64,000 nt of DNA. Origin: Candidatus Omnitrophota bacterium. Its GTDB lineage: Bacteria; Omnitrophota; Gorgyraeia; JAGLLT01. Position numbers and translations under genes: made by a program. The notes under the pieces are model-generated. The model was not told where the DNA came from, did no database searches, and was given only the letters and a program-made list of their open reading frames with translations. The stretch is from positions 141,325 through 205,324 of the forward strand of contig DAOVJY010000002.1 in NCBI GenBank assembly GCA_030632085.1, read 5' to 3'. Of this stretch, positions 50,850 to 60,067 are shown piece after piece; the stretch's first letter is position 1, and the number at the start of each line of letters is the position of its first letter.

Positions 50850-51613
50850 TAAGCAGAGGATTAAGATATATAATCTTTAGTTGTTTAACGGTTTTATTTA
50901 TTTCTAACTCTTTATGGGCGGCATCTGTGGCCGATATTGAGAAGGATATGCTCAATAAGAATTATGCCAGGGCGACAACGACCGCCAGAACGGTTTTAGG
51001 CAGGCCGCTGTCATTAAATGAAAAAAGAAGAGCAAATTATTTGGTAGGCATTTGCTATTTGAAATTAGGCAACGGCATAAGAGCAAGGGAGTATTTCAAA
51101 AAAGGTATCCGCGGCAAAGCGGATACGATTACTTTGGATTGCCTGATAGGTACAGCTGATTCGTATCATATTGAAACCCAGTATCTTGAAGCTATTGAGA
51201 GATATAAGTATATCTTAGGCAAGTACAGAAAAATACCCAATGAGGCTAATATTACTTATAAGATGGCTCAAAGTTATTACCGCGTAGGTGACTGGTCAAA
51301 AGCAAAGAAGTATTTTAAAAAAACTAAAAATAATTATTCCGATTCTTTTGAATCGGAAATTGCCAGAAATGTATTAGATAAAAATTGTTTTTATTATACC
51401 GTTCAGGTCGGTTCTTTTGGGAATAAGCTCAACGCTGATAAATTATTTACAAAGCTAAAAAGAAAGAGATACCCTGTATTCATAGATGAGACAAAAGATA
51501 ACTTTGATACTTTTTATAGGGTAAGAGTTGGTAAATTTACTAAATTACAAGAAGCCAAGCGCTATGAACAAAAATTAAAAGAAAACGGATTGCCCACTAA
51601 GATTTATCCATGA
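50846..51613 (+). CDS. Exported TPR + SPOR domain protein
   Basis: Signal peptide, TPR-like helices, YTVQVGSF...YRVRVGKF. Confidence 0.85.
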   Translation: MISRGLRYIIFSCLTVLFISNSLWAASVADIEKDMLNKNYARATTTARTVLGRPLSLNEKRRANYLVGICYLKLGNGIRAREYFKKGIRGKADTITLDCLIGTADSYHIETQYLEAIERYKYILGKYRKIPNEANITYKMAQSYYRVGDWSKAKKYFKKTKNNYSDSFESEIARNVLDKNCFYYTVQVGSFGNKLNADKLFTKLKRKRYPVFIDETKDNFDTFYRVRVGKFTKLQEAKRYEQKLKENGLPTKIYP

Positions 51614-51632
51614 ATACAGGATTATAAAAGCA

Positions 51633-51722
51633 AGAAACAAGTCACAGGACACAAGTCATAAGACATAAGTGACAAGACACAAGTATAAAGTCACACGGCA
51701 CAAGTTGCAAGCAAGAGACAAA
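51633..51722. repeat. AAGTCAC/AAGACAC heptamer tract, same family as 30003 and 33897
   Basis: aagaaac aagtcac aggacac aagtcat aagacat ... aagacac aagtata aagtcac acggcac aagttgc aag. Confidence 0.85.
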
Positions 51723-51737
51723 TTAAGTGAAAAGAAA

Positions 51738-52670
51738 GTGATAAAGAAAAAGGTTATATTTATAGTAGGCCCTACCGCCGGCGGAAAATCAACTACAGCC
51801 GTAATACTTGCCAAAAAAATCAATGCCGAGATTATTTCTTGCGATTCCATGCAGGTTTATAAACATATGGATATTGCTACAGCTAAAATAACCAAGGAAG
51901 AGATGCAAGGCGTTAAGCACCATCTTATTGATATAATTGATCCCAGCCAAGAATATAATGTAGCTTTATTTAGAGAAAAAGTAACGAGATTTATTAAAGA
52001 GATACATAAAAAAAAATTAATTCCGCTTTTAGTGGGCGGCAGCGGTTTATACATGCAAATACTTTTAGACGGAATATTTGATGATAATAAAAGTTCATTT
52101 AAAATTAGAAAAAAATTAGATGCTAAAGCTGATGAAAAAGGTTTAGGGGTATTATATAACCGCCTTGTTGAGTTGGACCCTGAGGCGGCTAAAGCAATAC
52201 ACTCTAATGATAGGCGGCGCATCATAAGAGCCCTGGAAGTTTTCTATTCTTTAAATGAGCCGATAACTGAAGCTAAGAAAAAAAGACATGGAATATGGAA
52301 CGAATATAATGTCCTTTTATATGGCCTCTCCATTGAAAGAAAGTTGCTCTATCAAAGAATAAATGAGCGTGTTGATAGAATGTTTCAAGATGGACTTATA
52401 AGGGAAGCTGAAAGCCTTTGTGAAAATTATTCGTTAAGTAAAAGTGCCTCGGGAGCTTTGGGATACAAGGAGTTATTTAATTATTTTAAAGGAGAATATG
52501 ATTTAATCGAAGCTAAAAGGCTTATAAAAAGGAACACCAGGCGCTATGCTAAAAAGCAGATGACCTGGTTTAATAAAGAGAATAGAATTGAGTGGATAGA
52601 CGTTTTAGGCAGCGATACACCGCTTGAAATAGCCGGTAAAATATATAAAAATGCTGAAAATAAACTCTAA
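51738..52670 (+). CDS. miaA: tRNA dimethylallyltransferase
   Basis: GPTAGGKS, CDSMQVY, GGSGLY, RRYAKKQ; the ORF-track extension to 51669 is repeat-derived. Confidence 0.96.
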   Translation: MIKKKVIFIVGPTAGGKSTTAVILAKKINAEIISCDSMQVYKHMDIATAKITKEEMQGVKHHLIDIIDPSQEYNVALFREKVTRFIKEIHKKKLIPLLVGGSGLYMQILLDGIFDDNKSSFKIRKKLDAKADEKGLGVLYNRLVELDPEAAKAIHSNDRRRIIRALEVFYSLNEPITEAKKKRHGIWNEYNVLLYGLSIERKLLYQRINERVDRMFQDGLIREAESLCENYSLSKSASGALGYKELFNYFKGEYDLIEAKRLIKRNTRRYAKKQMTWFNKENRIEWIDVLGSDTPLEIAGKIYKNAENKL

Positions 52671-53901
52671 AGAAAAAGCTATATTGGTGGTCTTGGATAC
52701 CAGGCTTCGCAATGATTGGGATGCCGAAAGCTTGATGAAGGAGTTGAAGGTTTTAACTCTTTCTTGCGGCGCTGAAGTTACGGGAGAGATTATCGCAAAA
52801 AGATCCGCTCCGGATGCCGCGTATTTTATCGGTAAGGGGAAAGTTGAAGAGGTGGCGGCGATGGCTGAAGAATTGGAAGCTGACGTGGTTATTTTTAATG
52901 AAAGCCTTTCTCATGCTCAGGTGGCCGCCTTAGAGAAAAAGATTCCATCCAGAATAATCGATAGAACTCAACTTATTTTAGATATATTTGCCATGCGGGC
53001 CAAAAGTACTGAAGGTAAAATTCAGGTGGAATTGGCTCAATTGCAGTATCTTTTGCCGCGGCTAACCGGCAAGGGCCAGGTTTTATCCAGGTTAGGTGGA
53101 GGTATCGGAACTAGAGGCCCGGGTGAACAAAAACTGGAAGTTGACCGGCGGCGTATTCAAAAAAAGATTTCATCACTTAAAAAAGAGCTAAAAAAAGTAG
53201 ATAAACGCAGAGCCGGCAGAAGAGAAAGAAGGAAGCGTAAAGATATACCAATAGTGGCCTTAGTTGGTTATACGAACTCGGGTAAATCAACTTTATTGAA
53301 CAGCATGACCGATTCTTCTCAAGTGACGGAAAACCGCCTTTTCAGTACACTTGATCCCAAGGTTAATTTTCTACAACTACCCAACAATCAAAAAGTTCTC
53401 CTTTCCGATACGGTTGGTTTTTTGCACGCTTTACCTCATCAGTTAATAGAATCGTTTAAGGCTACTCTGGAAGAGGTTGTTGAGGCTGATATTCTTATTC
53501 ACGTTTTAGATATAAGTAATCCTAAATCGGATGAATTAAAAGAATCAGTTTATGATGTTTTGGGTGAATTAAAGGCCTTGGAAAAACCCATAATCACAGC
53601 TTTAAATAAGATTGATAAGTTAGAAGATGATAGGAATTTAGATGGTTATCTTAAAAGGTATGAAAATTCAGTGGCTATTAGCGCTCTTCAAAGAACAAAC
53701 CTTCAAGAACTGGTGAATTTAATACAACATAATCTTTCCTCATCCCGCGAGTTAATTAAGAAATTAATTCCTTACAGCCAAATGAAACTTATTTCCAGCA
53801 TTCGCAGGCAAGGTGAAGTTTTCAAAGAAAAATATGGCTTAAGAGGTGTTTATATTGAAGCCGAAGTTCCTGCCATATTAGCTTCAAAGTTGAAAAAGTA
53901 A
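52651..53901 (+). CDS. hflX: GTPase HflX
   Basis: DRTQLILDIF, GIGTRGPGE, GYTNSGKST, DTVGF, NKID. Confidence 0.97.
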   Translation: MLKINSKEKAILVVLDTRLRNDWDAESLMKELKVLTLSCGAEVTGEIIAKRSAPDAAYFIGKGKVEEVAAMAEELEADVVIFNESLSHAQVAALEKKIPSRIIDRTQLILDIFAMRAKSTEGKIQVELAQLQYLLPRLTGKGQVLSRLGGGIGTRGPGEQKLEVDRRRIQKKISSLKKELKKVDKRRAGRRERRKRKDIPIVALVGYTNSGKSTLLNSMTDSSQVTENRLFSTLDPKVNFLQLPNNQKVLLSDTVGFLHALPHQLIESFKATLEEVVEADILIHVLDISNPKSDELKESVYDVLGELKALEKPIITALNKIDKLEDDRNLDGYLKRYENSVAISALQRTNLQELVNLIQHNLSSSRELIKKLIPYSQMKLISSIRRQGEVFKEKYGLRGVYIEAEVPAILASKLKK

Positions 53902-54091
53902 CCGCGATTTAAAAAACCGCCGGATGTGATATATACAGCTACAGATAATATAATCCTATTAGCTATAAAAGTTTTAAAAAAATAAAAGGAAAATACCTGA
54001 AGATATATCTTTGGTTGGTTTTGATGATATACCCTCATTATCTTAATATATAAATATCTTGATTACTGCCTATAAATTTTATAAAAAACAC

Positions 54092-54119
54092 TTGACAAAA
54101 AAAGGCAGTATGATATTAT
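54092..54119 (+). promoter_or_regulatory. Sigma70 promoter of the hrcA operon
   Basis: TTGACA (54092), 16 bp, TGn-TATTAT (54114). Confidence 0.65.
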
Positions 54120-54121
54120 TA

Positions 54122-54148
54122 TTAGCACTCTTACCTAAAGAGTGCTAA
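54122..54148 (+). promoter_or_regulatory. CIRCE element (HrcA operator)
   Basis: Perfect TTAGCACTC-N9-GAGTGCTAA. Confidence 0.98.
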
Positions 54149-54174
54149 TTTTTTATATATATGAGGTATAAAAA

Positions 54175-55248
54175 ATGAACGTAAGTGCTTCAAATAAAAG
54201 AAAAAGCAATATTTTGGAATCTTTAACCAGTCTTTATATAGATACGGCTCGACCGGTTAGTTCAAGCCTTATTAAGGATGAGTTTAATTTCTCGGTAAGT
54301 TCCGCGACTATAAGAAATATCTTGGTTGAATTGGAGGAATTCGGCTATATAGAACAGCCGCATACTTCCAGCGGCCGTGTTCCGACAGATAAAGGTTATA
54401 GGTTTTATATAGATAGCCTTATGAAAAGGCGGAGCCTCAGAGATGAGGAAAAGAAAGAGTTGAAACTTGCTTGTTTAAGTTCCGCGCGTAAGACACGGGA
54501 TATCATTGATAAAACATCTGAAATACTCGCTCAAATCAGTAATGAAGCCGCTTTTAACTTTTTCTTTAATTTGAATGACAGTATTTTAAAGCATATCGAA
54601 CTAATTAATCTAAGTTTGACGAGAATATTGGTTGTTTTAATTACAGATTCAGGTATTGTGCGTAATTACATCGTGAATTTGGATGATCCTATATCAACCG
54701 CGGAACTTCAAAGAATATCAAACTTTTTAAGCGAAAATCTTAAAGATACATCCTTGGTAGATATTAAAGTGAATCTTTATAATTTGCTTAATGAACATAA
54801 TCTTGTTTACCTGCAATTAGCCCACGAAGCTTGCAGGATATTTGATGCCTTAGAAACTGATGAACTTTTTGAAAGGGACTATGATATTCATCAGGATGGT
54901 ATTAATAATATTATGAGGCAACCTGAATTTTGCAATTTAGAATATCTGAGAGGCGTCCTTGATGTTTTAGAAAGTAAAGAGCGCCTGGCGGAAGTTTTGA
55001 GGGCTTCGTTTGAACCGGATTTCAATAAAGTTAAAGTGACAATAGGTAAAGAAAATAGCTATAAAGATCTTCAGAGCTGTAGTCTGGTTACAGCGGGTTA
55101 CAAGATCAAAGATAAAACGGTTGGTATGTTTGGTTTGTTGGGCCCGACGAGGATGGCCTATTCCAGATTATTACCTTTAGTGGAATATATGGCTGAGATG
55201 ATGACTGAAGCGCTGACTGATTTCACAAAGAACGAAAGTGAAAGATGA
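54175..55248 (+). CDS. hrcA: Heat-inducible transcription repressor
   Basis: SSATIRN, QPHTSSGRVPTDKGYRFY, LGPTRMAY. Confidence 0.97.
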   Translation: MNVSASNKRKSNILESLTSLYIDTARPVSSSLIKDEFNFSVSSATIRNILVELEEFGYIEQPHTSSGRVPTDKGYRFYIDSLMKRRSLRDEEKKELKLACLSSARKTRDIIDKTSEILAQISNEAAFNFFFNLNDSILKHIELINLSLTRILVVLITDSGIVRNYIVNLDDPISTAELQRISNFLSENLKDTSLVDIKVNLYNLLNEHNLVYLQLAHEACRIFDALETDELFERDYDIHQDGINNIMRQPEFCNLEYLRGVLDVLESKERLAEVLRASFEPDFNKVKVTIGKENSYKDLQSCSLVTAGYKIKDKTVGMFGLLGPTRMAYSRLLPLVEYMAEMMTEALTDFTKNESER

Positions 55249-55799
55249 AAAAAAGAAAACAAGAAAAAGCTCATTTAGAAGAAGAAGCTGCTAAAGTTCA
55301 TTTAAATGAAGACGGTAACCTTAAGAAGAATGAAATTGAAGAACTAAGAAGTAGGGCTGAAACAGCTGAGGCCAAGCTTAACGAAGTTCTGCGCGCAAGA
55401 GCTGATTTTGAAAATGCCCGAAAAAGATTGGAAAAAGAGAAAGAAGACTTCCTTAAATTCGCTAATGAGGCTTTAATAACCAAGCTTCTTCCGATAATAG
55501 ATAACTTCCGCCTGGCAATTAACTCCATGGACGATAATCACAAGGTTGAGGATATCGCGGCCGGAATTAAGCTAATCGAGAAACAATTTGAAGACGCGCT
55601 TAAGGAATTTGGCCTGGAGCCGATAGAAGCAGTGGGAAAAAAGTTTGACCCCCACCTGCAAGAAGCTGTAACTCATGAGGAAACAGATAAATTTGAAGAT
55701 GACGTTGTTACAGCGGAACTTCAGAGGGGTTATTTATTAGCCGGGCGTTTACTAAGGCCGGCGATAGTGAAAGTAGCAAAGAAAACGCAAAAAAAATAG
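55245..55799 (+). CDS. grpE: Nucleotide exchange factor GrpE
   Basis: ADFENARKR, LLPIIDN, FDPHLQEA, GYLLAGRLLRPA. Confidence 0.97.
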   Translation: MKKRKQEKAHLEEEAAKVHLNEDGNLKKNEIEELRSRAETAEAKLNEVLRARADFENARKRLEKEKEDFLKFANEALITKLLPIIDNFRLAINSMDDNHKVEDIAAGIKLIEKQFEDALKEFGLEPIEAVGKKFDPHLQEAVTHEETDKFEDDVVTAELQRGYLLAGRLLRPAIVKVAKKTQKK

Positions 55800-56011
55800 C
55801 TGATGGCTCATAGCTGATAGTTCATAGTAAAAACGCAAAGCAAAAAGCAAAAGCAAAAGGCAAAAACAAAAAACAAAAGAACAAAAAGATAAAAGTAAAA
55901 AAACAAAAGCAAAAGAACAGAAAATGAAGGATTAGATCCTTCACCAGCTAAAACGCTTCCGCAAGTCGCGTTTTTACGCCGGTTCAGGATCAAATTTTCT
56001 TCGAAAATTTG
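55797..56011. repeat. grpE-dnaK spacer: heptamers, A-rich tract and nested hairpins
   Basis: tagctga tggctca tagctga tagttca; (CAAAA)n-like tract 55830-55925; TGAAGGAT-tag-ATCCTTCA; CAAATTTT-cttcg-AAAATTTG. Confidence 0.7.
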
Positions 56012-56027
56012 AGGAGGTTTTATTGTT

Positions 56028-57989
56028 ATGGCGAAAGCAATTGGAATTGATTTAGGTACTACAAATTCATGCGTAGCTGTTATGGAAGGCGGCGAAGCTA
56101 AAGTTATAGCTAATGCTGAAGGCATGAGAACAACTCCCAGCATTGTCGCTTTTACTAAAGATGGACAAAGATTAGTTGGCCAGCCGGCTAAGAGGCAGGC
56201 TGTAACTAATCCGGAGAATACAATTTTTTCCATTAAGCGTTTTATGGGAAGATCCCATAGTGAAGTAAAAGAAGAAGAAAAAATGGTACCTTATTCCGTT
56301 GAAGGCGGTGCCAATGAAAGTATAGTTATTAAGTCGGGTGATAAGTCTTATACTCCTCCCGAGATTTCGGCTATGATTTTACAAAAGTTAAAAGAAACAG
56401 CTGAAAGCTATTTTGGTGAAAAGGTGACGGACGCGGTTGTTACCATTCCGGCTTATTTTAACAGTTCACAGCGTCAGGCAACTGAAGACGCCGGCAAAGT
56501 TGCCGGGCTCAATGTTTTACGAATCATTAATGAGCCGACCGCGGCCAGTTTGGCTTATGGTTTGCAAAAGAAAAAGAATGAGAAAATTGCCATTTATGAT
56601 TTAGGCGGTGGTACATTTGATATCTCAATTCTTGAAGTTAACGAAGGCGATAAAGACCAGTGGGTAATTGAGGTTAAAGCCACAAACGGTGATACTCACC
56701 TAGGCGGAGATAATTTTGATCAGAGAATTGTCAATTGGTTGGCTGATGAATTTAAAAATGAGACGGGCATTGACTTAAGAAACGATAAAATGGCTTTGCA
56801 GAGATTAAAAGAAGCGGCTGAGAAAGCTAAATGTGAATTATCATCTAATGTAAAAACAGAAATTAATTTGCCCTTTGTAACGGCTGACGCTTCGGGTCCG
56901 AAACACCTGGTGAAAGAACTTACCAGAGCTAAACTTGAGCAATTAGTTGATGACCTGGTCCAAAGAACCTCCGGACCGTGCAAAACAGCTTTGGCTGATG
57001 CCGGTTTAAGCGCTAATGATATTGATGAAGTTGTTTTAGTTGGCGGCCAGACCAGAATGCCTAAGGTTCAGGAGTTGGTAAAAGAATTATTTGGCAAAGA
57101 ACCTCATAAAGGTGTTAATCCGGATGAAGTTGTAGCTATCGGCGCGGCTATTCAGGCCGGTATACTTACGGGGGATAGCAAGGGCGATGTTTTACTTTTG
57201 GACGTCACGCCCCTTTCTCTGGGCATTGAGACATTAGGAGAGGTATTTACTAAACTAATTGAGAAAAATACCACTATTCCAACTAAAAAGAGTCAGATTT
57301 TCTCAACAGCTCAGGACAATCAACCCTCGGTTACCATCAGGGTTTTACAGGGCGAGAGAGGTATGGCTAATGATAATATAGAGTTAGGCAGGTTTGATTT
57401 AGTTGGAATTCCTCCGGCTCCCAGAGGCTTGCCTCAAATAGAAGTTACCTTTGATATTAATAGTAACGGGATAGTTCACGTGCATGCTAAAGATAAAGGA
57501 ACCGGCAAAGAGCAGTCGGTAAAAATTACAGCTCCCAAGAAGCTTTCCGAGGAAGAAATAGAGAGAATGGTAAAAGAAGCTCAGAGCCATGCTGAAGAGG
57601 ATAAAAAGAAAAAAGATACCGTTGAAGTTAAGAATCAGGCTGATAATTTAGTCTACGCGACGGAGAAATCCTTAAAAGACTATGGTGATAAAGTAGATGC
57701 TAAAGAGAAAGAAAGCATCCGGAAGAAACTGGATGAATTTAAGAAAACTCTTGAAACTGAAACTGATACGGAAAAAATTAAGACTGCCATGGAAGATTTA
57801 ACCAAGGCTTCTCATAAATTAGCTGAGGCGATTTATAAAGATGCTCAGGCTAAACAGCAATCCCAGAACCAGTCGGCTGGTGCCTCCGGTTCGGGACAAG
57901 CAGGCGCCGAAAGCGGACAACAGGAAACCAAAAAAGAAGACGACGTTGTTGACGCTGATTATAAAGTTGAAGATGAAAAACAGGATTAA
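56028..57989 (+). CDS. dnaK: Chaperone DnaK
   Basis: [32 protein letters not shown]. Confidence 0.99.
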   Translation: MAKAIGIDLGTTNSCVAVMEGGEAKVIANAEGMRTTPSIVAFTKDGQRLVGQPAKRQAVTNPENTIFSIKRFMGRSHSEVKEEEKMVPYSVEGGANESIVIKSGDKSYTPPEISAMILQKLKETAESYFGEKVTDAVVTIPAYFNSSQRQATEDAGKVAGLNVLRIINEPTAASLAYGLQKKKNEKIAIYDLGGGTFDISILEVNEGDKDQWVIEVKATNGDTHLGGDNFDQRIVNWLADEFKNETGIDLRNDKMALQRLKEAAEKAKCELSSNVKTEINLPFVTADASGPKHLVKELTRAKLEQLVDDLVQRTSGPCKTALADAGLSANDIDEVVLVGGQTRMPKVQELVKELFGKEPHKGVNPDEVVAIGAAIQAGILTGDSKGDVLLLDVTPLSLGIETLGEVFTKLIEKNTTIPTKKSQIFSTAQDNQPSVTIRVLQGERGMANDNIELGRFDLVGIPPAPRGLPQIEVTFDINSNGIVHVHAKDKGTGKEQSVKITAPKKLSEEEIERMVKEAQSHAEEDKKKKDTVEVKNQADNLVYATEKSLKDYGDKVDAKEKESIRKKLDEFKKTLETETDTEKIKTAMEDLTKASHKLAEAIYKDAQAKQQSQNQSAGASGSGQAGAESGQQETKKEDDVVDADYKVEDEKQD

Positions 57990-58236
57990 GCCCGCCAGAG
58001 GCGGACAGGGATTAAGACGCTCACCGTCGAAAAATTGTTGGTGAGCTCTAAGGATTAAGTTAAAGGATTAAAAAAATAGTATTAAGCAAAAAACAAAATA
58101 ACAAAAAACTAAAAGCGGAGAGCGGATAGGAAAGCAAGATTAAGGATTGAGGATTAAGTGAAAAAAACTTAATTCTTAGAGCTAACAACGTTAGCGTCTT
58201 AATCCTTAGAGCTCACACTGTGAGCGTCTTAATTTT
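57982..58236. repeat. AGGATTA heptamer locus with three hairpin modules, same family as 27441
   Basis: Inverted module 58011-58069; direct modules 58169-58232 (GCTAAC-aac-GTTAGC, GCTCAC-act-GTGAGC); CCGCC-aga-GGCGG-ACAGG at 57992. Confidence 0.88.
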
Positions 58237-58251
58237 TATACGCTATTGAAT

Positions 58252-59409
58252 ATGGCTAAAAAAGACTATTACGATGTTTTGGGGATTTCGAAAAGCTCTT
58301 CTCAGGATGAGATAAAAAAAGCTTATAGAAAATTGGCTTTAAAGCATCACCCTGACAGGAATAAAGAAAACAAAAGTGAGGCGGAAGATAAGTTTAAAGA
58401 ACTTTCTGAAGCTTATGAAGTTTTGAGTGATTCTCAGAAGAGAGCCCGTTATGACCAGTTTGGCCATGAAGGCGTCAGGTCTGACTTTGGCGGCGGCGGT
58501 TTTGGCTGGAAGGACTTTACGCATTCAGAAGATTTAAAAGACATATTCGGTAGTTTCGGCGGATTAGGAGATATCTTTGAGAGTTTTGGCATAAACACAG
58601 GATTTTCCCAAAGGCGCCAAAGCTATGGGCCCCAAAAAGGAAGTAGTCTTGAGTATAAACTTAGCATAACCCTAGAAGAAGCGGCTACGGGTTGCGAAAA
58701 AGAAAGTAAGATATCTCACGAAGAAACCTGCAAGAAGTGCCAAGGCTCAGGAGCTAAGCCCGGCTCTAAAAAGGAAAAGTGTTCAGCTTGCCGTGGCACA
58801 GGTAGGATAAGTTTTTCACAGGGATTTTTTAATATGGCTCGGGTTTGTGAAAGATGCCACGGAGAAGGTGAGATAATAAAAGAGCCCTGCGAGGCTTGTC
58901 GCGGGAAAGGTATTAAAGCGGTTACTAAAAAGATTAAAGTGCAAGTTCCTAAAGGAGTCGAGACCGGAGTCAGGTTAAGAATATCTGATGAAGGAAATGT
59001 CGGTTTAAAAGGCGGGCCATCCGGAGATCTGTATGTGCTTATCTATGTTGAGTCTCATGAGATATTTAAGAGACATGGTAATGATATCGTAGTAGAAGTT
59101 CCCATAACATTTACTCAGGCGGCTTTAGGGGCGCAAATAAGTGTGCCTACCCTTGAAGGTAAGGTTAAAATGAAAATACCTGAAGGCTGTCAGTATGGAA
59201 AGGTATTTCGCTTGAGGGGTAAGGGGCTGCCTAGTTTAAGAGGATACGGGAGAGGCGATGAGTTGGTAAGGATAATTATAGAGGTTCCTGATAGGCTTTC
59301 AAAGAAGCAGAAAGTTTTATTGGAGGAGTTTGCCGGCGAAAGCGGACAAGATACGGGGCCTTTAAGAAAATCTTTTTTAGAAAGAGTTAAAAGGGCGCTG
59401 GGAGGATAA
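58252..59409 (+). CDS. dnaJ: Chaperone DnaJ
   Basis: HPD, G/F-rich region, four CxxCxGxG motifs. Confidence 0.98.
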   Translation: MAKKDYYDVLGISKSSSQDEIKKAYRKLALKHHPDRNKENKSEAEDKFKELSEAYEVLSDSQKRARYDQFGHEGVRSDFGGGGFGWKDFTHSEDLKDIFGSFGGLGDIFESFGINTGFSQRRQSYGPQKGSSLEYKLSITLEEAATGCEKESKISHEETCKKCQGSGAKPGSKKEKCSACRGTGRISFSQGFFNMARVCERCHGEGEIIKEPCEACRGKGIKAVTKKIKVQVPKGVETGVRLRISDEGNVGLKGGPSGDLYVLIYVESHEIFKRHGNDIVVEVPITFTQAALGAQISVPTLEGKVKMKIPEGCQYGKVFRLRGKGLPSLRGYGRGDELVRIIIEVPDRLSKKQKVLLEEFAGESGQDTGPLRKSFLERVKRALGG

Positions 59410-59410
59410 A

Positions 59411-59680
59411 ATGCCAACTTATGAATATGAGTGTAAAAAATGCGGTGATTGTTTTGAAGAATTTCAGAGCATGAGCGCTGAACCCTTAAAGAAATGCAAA
59501 AAGTGCAAAGGTAACCTTAGGCGCTTGATTGGCAGTGGAGCCGGTATTATATTTAAAGGTTCAGGTTTTTACGCTACAGATTATAGAAGTTCGGATTATA
59601 AAGCCAAGGCCAAGGCTGAAAAATCACCGTGTACGGCTTGTGAAAAACCTAAATCATGCTCTACTAAGAAAAAAAGTTAA
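59411..59680 (+). CDS. FmdB-family zinc-ribbon protein
   Basis: MPTYEYECKKCG...CKKC...IIFKGSGFYATDY. Confidence 0.92.
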   Translation: MPTYEYECKKCGDCFEEFQSMSAEPLKKCKKCKGNLRRLIGSGAGIIFKGSGFYATDYRSSDYKAKAKAEKSPCTACEKPKSCSTKKKS

Positions 59681-59683
59681 TAG

Positions 59684-60067
59684 TTGAGAAATATTAAAGA
59701 GAATATTTTAAAATATTGGTTATGGCCGCTAATTTATGTCGCGGTGATTTTTGGCCTCTCATCTATAAGATCTTTTCATGTCCATGAGTTTAAAAATTTT
59801 AATATTGATAAACTGCTGCATTTTGTAGAATACTTTGGTTTAGGCCTGGTTTTATCAAGGTCTTTTTTTAAGGCAACATCTTTAAAGAAAAACGTTATTT
59901 TCTGGTTTATAGTTACATTTGGTTTTATAATTGGACTGAGTGATGAATTTTATCAGTCATTTGTGCCCGGTAGGCAGCCGAGTGTTTATGATTTTTTGTC
60001 TGATATTATCGGTATATTATCGGGAACCTGGATTTATTTGAGAAAGGCAAACCATGATAGAAATTAA
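59684..60067 (+). CDS. VanZ family membrane protein
   Basis: DKLLHFVEY, DEFYQSFVPGR, D...D. Confidence 0.9.
   Translation: MRNIKENILKYWLWPLIYVAVIFGLSSIRSFHVHEFKNFNIDKLLHFVEYFGLGLVLSRSFFKATSLKKNVIFWFIVTFGFIIGLSDEFYQSFVPGRQPSVYDFLSDIIGILSGTWIYLRKANHDRN

Noticed and set aside
51669-51737. N-terminal extension of MiaA in the ORF track
   Set aside because: Translation of the heptamer tract (TRHK repeats); homology starts near GTG 51738
55808-56233. Antisense and alternate-frame ORFs such as this one opposite dnaK, and the many 60-180 aa shadows elsewhere
   Set aside because: They overlap well-supported genes, lack RBS or motifs, and are typical shadow frames
58169-58236. Mini-CRISPR interpretation of the GTCTTAATYCTTAGA modules (reverse complement ends AAGGATTAAGAC, like some CRISPR repeat 3' ends)
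   Set aside because: Period is only 30 nt, the inserts are ~15-nt self-complementary and mutually related, there are only 2-3 units, and no cas genes or leader are present
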